23,966 bases of DNA from Candidatus Thorarchaeota archaeon (GTDB lineage: Archaea > Asgardarchaeota > Thorarchaeia > Thorarchaeales > Thorarchaeaceae), in contig JAEORO010000066.1 in assembly GCA_016840855.1 (NCBI GenBank), positions 1 to 23,966 on the forward strand, given 5' to 3'. A model generated the notes under the pieces. It ran no database searches. It saw nothing but the letters and a program-made list of their open reading frames with translations, and was not told where the DNA came from. Every line of letters starts with the position of its first letter. Within the stretch, counting starts at the first letter, position 1. Position numbers and translations under genes: made by a program. This document shows positions 8,120 to 15,954 of this stretch, one piece after another.

Positions 8120-8854
8120 TTATGCTGATGCTCCTATGTAGTAGGGGCACGATTCTTCTTCACAATCCCTATTCATTGCAGTATACTTGCACGACTTGTG
8201 CTCTGGTAACTCTCCTAAGTCTATATTGTATTCCTCTCGGAGTAGTTTCATTGCAGCTGTCAACCCATAGTACGTGGCTCTTTTACAGCACCGTTTCAAT
8301 CCATCTTGTGAGAGGTTAAGCGCATTTGTTGTGGCGACATGAGCAACTTTTCTCTCTGGACCTTTGGTTGGAGTTGAACCAATGAACAGAGCGACTGCAA
8401 CCCCTGCTCCAACACATGCGCCACAGGTACCTGCATATCCACAAAAACCACCTGGTATTTTTGCCCCTCTTCTGATGCCTTCCAATATGGTTTCAAATGT
8501 AATAGGTGATCCATCTGGTTTCGCTATCTTACGATTTTTCATGGCAATTAGAATGGCTGCAGGAACAAGACTATGGTGCTCTGGTCCGTGGAACTTAAAG
8601 CTTGGATGAGACAAAGCCTTCTTTACAACATCTTTCGGATCTTTGCTCTTATCAATCTCAGCAAGTCTCTGTAGAACGGCTATCGCATCTTCGGAATGGC
8701 AAGAATCACAAACAAAGTGTCCATTAGGACAGTAAATTGGGGATGCCTCCATTTCTCCACAATATACGCAAATTTGGTTTTTGGCGGTTTTATCATATAT
8801 AAGATCTGCACCGCACACCATACAAGCAATGTTGTGTTCTGTGCTTTCCACCAT
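8120..8854 (-). CDS. Cys-rich metal-binding protein, DUF5714-like
   Basis: 15 Cys in motifs CxxC...CxxC...CPNGHFVCDSCH, HGPEHH, PGGFCGYAGTCGACVGAG, RCCKR and C-terminal C...C...CPYY. SD GGTGA lies upstream of ATG 8854. Confidence 0.8.
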   Translation of the reverse strand: MVESTEHNIACMVCGADLIYDKTAKNQICVYCGEMEASPIYCPNGHFVCDSCHSEDAIAVLQRLAEIDKSKDPKDVVKKALSHPSFKFHGPEHHSLVPAAILIAMKNRKIAKPDGSPITFETILEGIRRGAKIPGGFCGYAGTCGACVGAGVAVALFIGSTPTKGPERKVAHVATTNALNLSQDGLKRCCKRATYYGLTAAMKLLREEYNIDLGELPEHKSCKYTAMNRDCEEESCPYYIGASA

Positions 8855-8955
8855 GACTCCATATCACCAGTCGACCAGTCGCATCAGTCAAAGGAGAAAA
8901 ATCTGTTGATGTATCAAGGACGTATCTAAATACCGGGATTTCCATTTGAGGACAT

Positions 8956-10170
8956 ATGTCGCGAGTCATTGTATTAGGTGGTTGCGGAATTGTGGGGTCC
9001 CAAGCTGTGAAAGCGTTAGTATCGACAAATGACTTTGACGAGATTGTCATTGGAGACATCAATCTGGAGAAAGCGAACAACTATGTATCTGAGATTGATG
9101 ACCCACGTCTATCTGCAGTTGGTATTGATTTGACTGTCCCTAAAATGGTCAAAGATGCAGTCAGAGATTTTGATGTTGTTCTAAATTGCTCAGGACCTTT
9201 CTACAAGCTTGGACCAATTATCCTGAAGGCTGTTATTGACTCATACATTGACTATGTGGATGTCTGTGATGATCTGGATGCCACACAGAAAATTCTTGAA
9301 ATGGATGAGGACGCGAAAAGTGCTGGTGTATCAGCACTCATTGGAATGGGCAGCTCTCCCGGTGTGGCAAACCTTCTTGCAAAGTTCTGCGCTGACCACA
9401 TGCTCGACAAAGTCGATTCAATCGATATTCTTCACGCTCATGGAGGAGAACCTTCAGAAGGTGCTGCTGTTGTTGCGCATCGCATTCACAGCATGATTTC
9501 ACCAATTCCTATGTATCTCAATGGTAAACATACAACCGTTGATTACTTTGAGGAGAGTGGTGTTGCACTTCGCCAGGATGTTGAATTCCATCAGATTGGA
9601 ACATACACCTGCTACCCGTATCCTCACCCTGAAACTATAACACTTCCAAAATACATCAGGTGCAAACGTGTAACTAATCTTGGCTGTGTCCTTCCTCCTG
9701 AATACTATCAGCTGACGCAAGATGTTGTCAAGGTTGGCATCATAGAAGAAGATCCAATTACTGTTGGAGCGCAGCAGGTGATACCAAGAAACTTTGCTAT
9801 TGCATATGTCATAAAGGAGAGGGAGCGCATTCTCAAAGAAACCAACTTTGGTGAGCAGCGAGGGTGTCTAAAGATTTCAATTCGGGGTATTGAAGATGGA
9901 GAACCTCGTCAATACAATTTTCAAATGTCTTCAATTGGACAATCGATGGGCGAAGGGACTGGAATTCCAGCCGCATTAGGCACAATTCTGATGCATCGTG
10001 GGAAAATTTCAAAGAAAGGCGTGTTACCTCCTGAAGCCTGTGTAGCCCCACTTGATTTTCTAGGTATCATGCAAGAATACCTCAAGCTAGACAAAATGAC
10101 AGGCAGAGGGTCTCCACTGATTATTGAATCAATTGACAAGGATGGTAATGTAGAACAACTGGAGATATAG
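8956..10170 (+). CDS. Saccharopine dehydrogenase-like NAD(P)-dependent oxidoreductase
   Basis: N-terminal Rossmann motif VIVLGGCGIVG, plus NCSGPFY, YVDVCDD, GMGSSPG, HPETITLP and GVLPPE motifs of the family. Confidence 0.9.
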   Translation: MSRVIVLGGCGIVGSQAVKALVSTNDFDEIVIGDINLEKANNYVSEIDDPRLSAVGIDLTVPKMVKDAVRDFDVVLNCSGPFYKLGPIILKAVIDSYIDYVDVCDDLDATQKILEMDEDAKSAGVSALIGMGSSPGVANLLAKFCADHMLDKVDSIDILHAHGGEPSEGAAVVAHRIHSMISPIPMYLNGKHTTVDYFEESGVALRQDVEFHQIGTYTCYPYPHPETITLPKYIRCKRVTNLGCVLPPEYYQLTQDVVKVGIIEEDPITVGAQQVIPRNFAIAYVIKERERILKETNFGEQRGCLKISIRGIEDGEPRQYNFQMSSIGQSMGEGTGIPAALGTILMHRGKISKKGVLPPEACVAPLDFLGIMQEYLKLDKMTGRGSPLIIESIDKDGNVEQLEI

Positions 10171-10225
10171 TGCATTGTCAGAACTTCTTGTCCTTAGAAA
10201 TGATGGACAAATTGAGATGTGAAAT

Positions 10226-10248
10226 AATGGCTGAGCCATTCTATATAT
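10226..10248 (+). promoter_or_regulatory. Internal promoter for the FGGY kinase with an adjacent palindrome
   Basis: AATGGC-tga-GCCATT (10226-10240) directly precedes TATATAT (10242-10248), about 35 nt before the ATG at 10282. Confidence 0.35.
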
Positions 10249-10281
10249 GGTGGTTTGACCATCAAGTACATGGGTTAGGAA

Positions 10282-11862
10282 ATGACTGAGGATAAAAGTG
10301 AGAAGAAGTATGTGATAGCTGTTGATCATGGAACTTCTGCCATGAAGGTTGCACTTGCTGACACATGCGGCGAGATTCTTGGTTTTGATTTTGAACCAAC
10401 CCCCCTCTATCTCTTCGAAGGTGGTGGTGCAGAGCAGAATCCTGATGAATGGTGGAACGCATTCGTCACAAGTACGAAACGACTTCTCTCTCGGAATTTA
10501 GTTCCCGTTGAAGAGATTGTAGCTATTTGTGTATCAAGCCAGTGGTCAGGAACTGTTGCAGTTGATGAATCTGGCAATCACACACATAACGCAATCATCT
10601 GGATGGACTCTCGTGGTGAGCCATATATCAGAAAGATAAACGAGGGCATCATTAACATTTCAGGATACGGAATTCTCAACATCGCTAGATGGCTAAGGAG
10701 TACAGGCGGTCTGCCTGCAAAGGCGGGAAAGGATCCAACTGCTCATATCCTCTATCTGAAGAATGAACATCCCGATGTTTACAAATCTACATACAAATTC
10801 TTAGAACCCAAAGACTACATGAATCTACGACTGACAGGAAAGTTTGCAGCCTCTTATGACTCGATAATGCTCCACTGGGTAACAGACATACGTGATATCA
10901 ACAACGTGTACTACAACGAGGGGCTCATCAAGAAGATGGGCATTGATGCTGAAAAACTCCCGCCACTGATGAAGGCTGTTGACATTCTTGGAATCGTGAA
11001 ACCTGAAGTAGCTCAAGAATTGGGGATTCGAGAGGATACACAAGTTGTTGTAGGGTCTCCAGACCTCCAGTCTGCAATTGTTGGATCTGGTGCTGTTCGT
11101 GATTTTGAGGGTCACATCTACATTGGGACTAGTAGCTGGACTACTTGCCACGTGCCTTTCAAGAAGACAGACATATCTCATAATATGGCGGCTGTCCCTT
11201 CATCAATTCCTGGCAAGTATTTCGTTGCAAATGAGCAAGAGAGTGCAGGAGCTTGCTTGACATTTCTACGAGATAACGTATTCTACATTGATGATGAGTC
11301 TCGTAAGGGGAACCCTGCAGTATACCAGGAATTCGATGAGATTGTAAAACAATCACCGCCTGGGAGTAATGGGTTAATCTTTACTCCATGGCTTTACGGA
11401 GAGCGAACTCCAGTCGAAGACCATAACCTCAGGGGCGGTTTCCATAATATGTCACTCCATGTGAAAAAGGAAGACATAGTCCGTGCAGTCTTTGAAGGCG
11501 TTGCATTCAACACTCGATGGTTATTTGAACTGGTTGAAAAATTCATCAAGAAGAAGATGAACCCAGTGAATATTATTGGAGGCGGCGCGCAGTCTGATAT
11601 TTGGTGCCAAATCTTTGCTGATGTTCTCAATAGAACAGTTCGCCAAGTCAAGGACCCAATAATGGCCAACGCAAGAGGTGCGGCATTCATTGCTGCCTCA
11701 GGACTTGGATATTGCACATTTGATGATATTCCTAACCTTATTCAGTATTCAAATACCTTCGAACACACTCCTGAGAATCGTGAACTCTATGATACATTGT
11801 TCAAGGAGTTTCTTAACATCTACAAGAATAATAAATCAATGCACAAGAGATTGAATCAATAG
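10282..11862 (+). CDS. FGGY-family carbohydrate kinase (xylulokinase-like, substrate unassigned)
   Basis: Motifs AVDHGTSAMK, AEQNPDEWW, AIIWMDSR, YIGTSSW, FTPWLYGERTP, RAVFEGVAF and IGGGAQSDIWCQIFADV. Confidence 0.9.
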   Translation: MTEDKSEKKYVIAVDHGTSAMKVALADTCGEILGFDFEPTPLYLFEGGGAEQNPDEWWNAFVTSTKRLLSRNLVPVEEIVAICVSSQWSGTVAVDESGNHTHNAIIWMDSRGEPYIRKINEGIINISGYGILNIARWLRSTGGLPAKAGKDPTAHILYLKNEHPDVYKSTYKFLEPKDYMNLRLTGKFAASYDSIMLHWVTDIRDINNVYYNEGLIKKMGIDAEKLPPLMKAVDILGIVKPEVAQELGIREDTQVVVGSPDLQSAIVGSGAVRDFEGHIYIGTSSWTTCHVPFKKTDISHNMAAVPSSIPGKYFVANEQESAGACLTFLRDNVFYIDDESRKGNPAVYQEFDEIVKQSPPGSNGLIFTPWLYGERTPVEDHNLRGGFHNMSLHVKKEDIVRAVFEGVAFNTRWLFELVEKFIKKKMNPVNIIGGGAQSDIWCQIFADVLNRTVRQVKDPIMANARGAAFIAASGLGYCTFDDIPNLIQYSNTFEHTPENRELYDTLFKEFLNIYKNNKSMHKRLNQ

Positions 11863-11883
11863 CATCCATTTGGATCTGATACA

Positions 11884-12393
11884 ATGACTCAGTTTACGTT
11901 TGAATTTATAGAGAATAACGTGAGAAAGAAGTCCTTTGGAGTTCTAACGACTATTGACCCTAAAGGTCGACCTCATAGTACTGGAATCCTCTATGCTGTA
12001 GGCCCTCCTGAAAAACCATTTGCCCTTTACAACATAGCCAGTAAGAAATATGCAAAAGTCCGTCACATCAGGCAAAATCCCAATGTATCTCTCTTTGTTC
12101 CTTTCCCTCACTACTGGATTAGGTTTGCGCCATCGAGCTATGTAATGTTTCGAGGAACGGCTGAGATCCTCCCTGCTGACAATACAGATGGCAGATGGGC
12201 GATGAGCCAAACAAGAATTGGCCGAATGAATCTACAAACAGATGCTGATGAAATAGGCGTTGATTATGTCTACATCAAGACGATCCCTGAACCTACAATA
12301 TTCTGTTATGGACTTGGCTATGGCTTGATGGAGTTGAGAAAAGACCACACAAAGGGTGCGTATAAGGTTACAATCCCCGTCGATCGACGGTGA
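11884..12393 (+). CDS. Pyridoxamine 5'-phosphate oxidase-like (split-barrel flavin/F420-binding) protein
   Basis: GVLTTIDPKGRPHST and K-x-x-x-IRQNPNVSL are family signatures. The gene starts 21 nt after the kinase, so it is probably co-transcribed. Confidence 0.85.
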   Translation: MTQFTFEFIENNVRKKSFGVLTTIDPKGRPHSTGILYAVGPPEKPFALYNIASKKYAKVRHIRQNPNVSLFVPFPHYWIRFAPSSYVMFRGTAEILPADNTDGRWAMSQTRIGRMNLQTDADEIGVDYVYIKTIPEPTIFCYGLGYGLMELRKDHTKGAYKVTIPVDRR

Positions 12394-12436
12394 CTCTTGG
12401 GAAGAATGTGTTGTATTTTATAGGACTATTAAGAAA

Positions 12437-13432
12437 CTAACCAAGATGCCTTCGAAGTACACGCGCCGCTCTGAGAGTTATCCACTTTGATGGTTTATTC
12501 TTTTCATCTATGTCACAGAGCATCTTTCCATTGAACGTGTTCTTAAGTAACCATCTGGAATCTTGCGTTTTATTACTGATTACTAAATCAATTGATTCCT
12601 GCATCCTTCTGTCCTTCACGCTGAGTTCAGTCAATACATCCAGTACTTCTAACACATCAGATTGATAGAAGAGTGGAAAACCGAACTTCTTCCAGCCTGC
12701 TTTGTCCTTCCTGCTTCCATCAGAGTTCCGGAGATACCTAAAAATCTCATTCTCTAGCAAGATCTCTGCTTCTTGGTGAACTATCCGATTCAGGTCCTTT
12801 GACCGATGTTTTTTCGGGATTCGTGCGATTGACTTGAGTACTTTCACACCACCCATGTAGCAGTTCTCTGGGAACACTTTGTTCCTGTCAATTGGGAACG
12901 CCCTACATTTCCAGCCTCCTACATCATCGGAGTGATATTTAACTTGGAAATCAATTAGCTTCTGCGTTCTTGGATCCTCGAGATATCCAAAATGAATCAG
13001 ATAAAACAGGATATTTCCATCGATGCAGCAACCATCATTGACAACACTATCATACCCTTTCTCAGTCTTTGGAATGTCTGTAAGAAAATGTCCTGATTTC
13101 CTTTGATGGAGAAAGATATACTCTATTGCTTTCTCAATATTTGGAGTTCTCTTTGCGCCTAATTCAGCAAGAATCAGCAGATTGTGTGTAGTTGCCTTAT
13201 ATTTTGGCAAATACATAGTTCCATACGTGCCCCAGTGCCCCTCACTCTTTTGAGCTTTCATGATTGTTTTTACACATGCTGAAACCATCAACGCGTCTTG
13301 AGCATCTTTCACATCAACATCATCTGTAAGTCTATCTTCTAATTGTTGAAGCGCCCAAAATCTAACACCTGGACTCTCCGGGCTCATCAACCAATCAATA
13401 GTTCTCTGAGTGAGTACCTCCTTCCATCGCAT
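12437..13432 (-). CDS. Cytoplasmic prenyltransferase/terpene-cyclase-like alpha/alpha barrel protein of unknown function
   Basis: QW-like repeats QKSEGHW, QRKSGHF, DVGGWKC and QDSRW. YLPKYKAT, FGFPLFYQSDVLEVL and PSKWITLRA match a widespread conserved hypothetical family. No signal peptide. Confidence 0.75.
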   Translation of the reverse strand: MRWKEVLTQRTIDWLMSPESPGVRFWALQQLEDRLTDDVDVKDAQDALMVSACVKTIMKAQKSEGHWGTYGTMYLPKYKATTHNLLILAELGAKRTPNIEKAIEYIFLHQRKSGHFLTDIPKTEKGYDSVVNDGCCIDGNILFYLIHFGYLEDPRTQKLIDFQVKYHSDDVGGWKCRAFPIDRNKVFPENCYMGGVKVLKSIARIPKKHRSKDLNRIVHQEAEILLENEIFRYLRNSDGSRKDKAGWKKFGFPLFYQSDVLEVLDVLTELSVKDRRMQESIDLVISNKTQDSRWLLKNTFNGKMLCDIDEKNKPSKWITLRAARVLRRHLG

Positions 13433-13557
13433 ACATTTTCATTTGTATTTCCTCGTAATAAGGGCTAGCTCGCATGACTCTCTACTAATTGTCCTGAAAC
13501 CCAAAAGGATTAATTATCAATACCCACTCTCGGCATATCACTTACAGAGCTAGATCG

Positions 13558-14466
13558 ATGTTGCAAGACATATTCTTTGACTTCGTTAATTATCTCAAAA
13601 CACTACTTACACCTTGGGGCTTGCAAGACTACGCTGGTTTAATAGCTCTGCTACCATTCTACATTTTTCTCTATTTGCTTTACCTAATAGCGATTCGTTC
13701 AATTAGAGTGTCCTTCAAGAAAGTAGGGATGCCCAGAGAAGCGACTGGAGGAACAATCTTTGGTGTACGGTTGTTCTTCTTTTCTGTCGCTCTTCTTGTT
13801 CTTCTAACCACTGTAGGTGAATCAATTGCGCAATACATTGTAGCTGGTGGCGCACTGATTGGTACTGCGATAGGTCTCGCATTCTCCAAGGCACTTTCAA
13901 ACATTGTAAGTGGTCTCTATGTTCTTGTTGCTAGACCATTCCGTGTAGGTGACTATATCCGGCTTGGTGAAACTGAAGGAATAGTTCTTGAAATCACTCT
14001 GAACTACACCCGAGTACTTCGAACTGACCACACAAGACAGTTTGTTCCAAACTCCACGACTATAGACTCACGGCTCACAAACTTTCGTGTAAGAATTGAT
14101 GACTACCTCGACGAAAGGGGCATGAGCTACAAACATGAGATCTTTGATCCTGACGATGATGAAGACTCCCGGTTTCGAGACATTGTAGAGAAATTAACGT
14201 TACTCACAAGAGGGGATGAGGTTTATCGGTACACTTTTGATATAGAGGTTGAGCGAACGTGCTCACAACCCAAATTAGAGGAGTTTTTTAGCTCGCTTTG
14301 TACTAAATGGAGTGAGGTATTTATTCTGCCACCAGAGTATTTCTTCTGGTCAAGTACTGCAACAACGATGATCTATCGGTTCGCGTTCATTGTTATAGAT
14401 CCAAAGGAAATCTTTAATGAAGGGCAACAATTCAAGACTGAAGCCGCTGGATACCCTGCAAACTAA
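13558..14466 (+). CDS. mscS: Small-conductance mechanosensitive channel family protein
   Basis: Three N-terminal TM segments. GGALIGTAIGLAF...LSNIVSGLYVLVARPFRVGDYI, EGIVLEITLNYT and VPNS are MscS signatures. Confidence 0.88.
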   Translation: MLQDIFFDFVNYLKTLLTPWGLQDYAGLIALLPFYIFLYLLYLIAIRSIRVSFKKVGMPREATGGTIFGVRLFFFSVALLVLLTTVGESIAQYIVAGGALIGTAIGLAFSKALSNIVSGLYVLVARPFRVGDYIRLGETEGIVLEITLNYTRVLRTDHTRQFVPNSTTIDSRLTNFRVRIDDYLDERGMSYKHEIFDPDDDEDSRFRDIVEKLTLLTRGDEVYRYTFDIEVERTCSQPKLEEFFSSLCTKWSEVFILPPEYFFWSSTATTMIYRFAFIVIDPKEIFNEGQQFKTEAAGYPAN

Positions 14467-14558
14467 GAACCGCACTTCCAAGTGATTATTTCATCCTCAC
14501 GACCTTCTAGTATCTTCTGGACGACGAACAGATGTGTAAGCAATCCTCTACCAATGCA
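14463..14558 (-). pseudogene. Decayed fragment resembling the C-terminal barrel segment of an NADH:flavin oxidoreductase (old yellow enzyme family)
   Basis: The minus frame reads CIGRGLLTHLFVVQKILEGREDEIITWKCGS*, matching the family pattern GRxLLxDPxxxxKxxEGREDEIxxC. In-frame stops precede it, and the N-terminal body of the gene is absent. Confidence 0.55.
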
Positions 14559-14573
14559 CTATCAATATCAGGT

Positions 14574-15884
14574 CTAGAGGTCTGCTCCGGTTCTACCGCT
14601 TCCCCATGCCTCCATGGCAGCCTTCAGTTCTTCATGTCCTTCTTCTTTTGCATACTTGCTTACAGGGATGCCTTGCATCTTTGCGTCGATTGCTTGTCTG
14701 AACGCGATGGCACCTGCGCGTGGTCCCATGGGATGTGCATGGATTCCCGCTCCGGTTCCAATGACAATATCTAATCCAAGATCGTCTATGACTTCCTCAA
14801 CATGTCCCTGACTAATTCCTCCACTTGGCATCGGGGCAGTTTGTTCAATATTGTGCAGAGGCATGATCATATCGTGCGCAACATTGAGAAAACGTTCCTT
14901 GAGGACAGGCGCTTTTCCATATGGTGCTGGAAAAACTGTGATGTCCGAACCACAAATCCTGGGTAGTTTCCCGGTCACAATGTTGGATGAAATCCCTGTG
15001 ATGGGTGAGTAAGTCATTGCTCCCGTGACGTCCATGTGTGCAAGAACCGGTACTTTGGATATGTTTTCACAGACATGTCTGAATGCGTCATACCCCACAG
15101 CGAGGAAATTCATCATCAGTCCATTAGCACCAAGCTCCTGAGCTCGTTCAGCATTCTCAAACATTCGTGGGAGCTTGTCGGTGATGTTTACAGTGTAGAG
15201 TGTTTTTTCACCTTTCTCAGAGCTCGCGCGGTCAAGTGCTTCCATAAAACGTGGGATTCTGTCCTCTAATGTATTAAAATCAGGATTCGCAAGTAACTCG
15301 TCATCCTTTATGATGTCTGCTCCTCCAACAGCCGCTTCATACGCTAGATCTGCTCCCATCTGGCAGGAGGTATAGACACAAGGTTTGACCATATTATTCA
15401 GGATTGGTCTATTCTTGATTTTTAACAGCTTTCGTAGACCTTTGATACCAAACTTCGGTCCTTTGAATCCCTTTAGCCAGCTCTTTGGGAACTTCATGTC
15501 AAGACACTTGATTCTCCCATAGAGTGAGATGTTGCCTATTACAGTGCTAAACAACATTGGTATTTGCTGACCAAAGTTCTCCCAAGGATAAGCAACTTGC
15601 ATGATGTACTCTCTTCTCTCGAGGTCCTTGGGAATACTATACTCGTATTGGGGTACTTCATAGACTCCAATGACTTTCGCAACATGTCGTCGTCGAACCT
15701 CTGGAGTTTCACCAGGTACAAGTGTCCAAGTACCCGTACTCTGTTCAACAGCAGCAGCATGTGCTAACTCCCTAGCATCCATGAATGGAGGGAGTCCAAC
15801 ATAGTATGTACAAACTACATACTTCTCCTCATCAATAGCATCTGGTAATGCATCAGGTAATGCATCGAGTGGAAGCTTTTCCAT
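14574..15884 (-). CDS. RuBisCO-like protein (form IV RLP)
   Basis: Motifs EQSTGTW, GGADIIKDDE, PMPSGG and GIHAHPMG are present. Carboxylase residues are replaced: KPK to KPC, HRA to HMD, and the H327 region reads ITVFPAPYGK. ATG 15884 follows SD-like GGTTGA (ORF track start 15899). Confidence 0.93.
   Translation of the reverse strand: MEKLPLDALPDALPDAIDEEKYVVCTYYVGLPPFMDARELAHAAAVEQSTGTWTLVPGETPEVRRRHVAKVIGVYEVPQYEYSIPKDLERREYIMQVAYPWENFGQQIPMLFSTVIGNISLYGRIKCLDMKFPKSWLKGFKGPKFGIKGLRKLLKIKNRPILNNMVKPCVYTSCQMGADLAYEAAVGGADIIKDDELLANPDFNTLEDRIPRFMEALDRASSEKGEKTLYTVNITDKLPRMFENAERAQELGANGLMMNFLAVGYDAFRHVCENISKVPVLAHMDVTGAMTYSPITGISSNIVTGKLPRICGSDITVFPAPYGKAPVLKERFLNVAHDMIMPLHNIEQTAPMPSGGISQGHVEEVIDDLGLDIVIGTGAGIHAHPMGPRAGAIAFRQAIDAKMQGIPVSKYAKEEGHEELKAAMEAWGSGRTGADL
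15838..15866. repeat. Short in-frame 12-bp tandem repeat in the RLP N-terminus (DALP-DALP-DA)
   Basis: GCATCTGGTAAT GCATCAGGTAAT GCATC on the + strand. Confidence 0.6.
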
Positions 15885-15954
15885 AACAATCAACCACACT
15901 ATTCTATGCGCGCCCGTCTTATGTTCTTTTGGAGAACTCCATTGTCTGGAAGAA

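Noticed and set aside
8866-8889. Tandem ACCAGTCG x2 plus CAGTC in the divergent promoter
   Set aside because: Too short and low in copy number to separate from chance, and not CRISPR-like.
12437-13432. The NifH label that I recall is sometimes attached to this family
   Set aside because: There is no P-loop GKGGIGKS or nitrogenase Fe-protein Cys motifs.
14574-15884. Bona fide CO2-fixing RuBisCO
   Set aside because: The K177, R295 and H327 equivalents are substituted.
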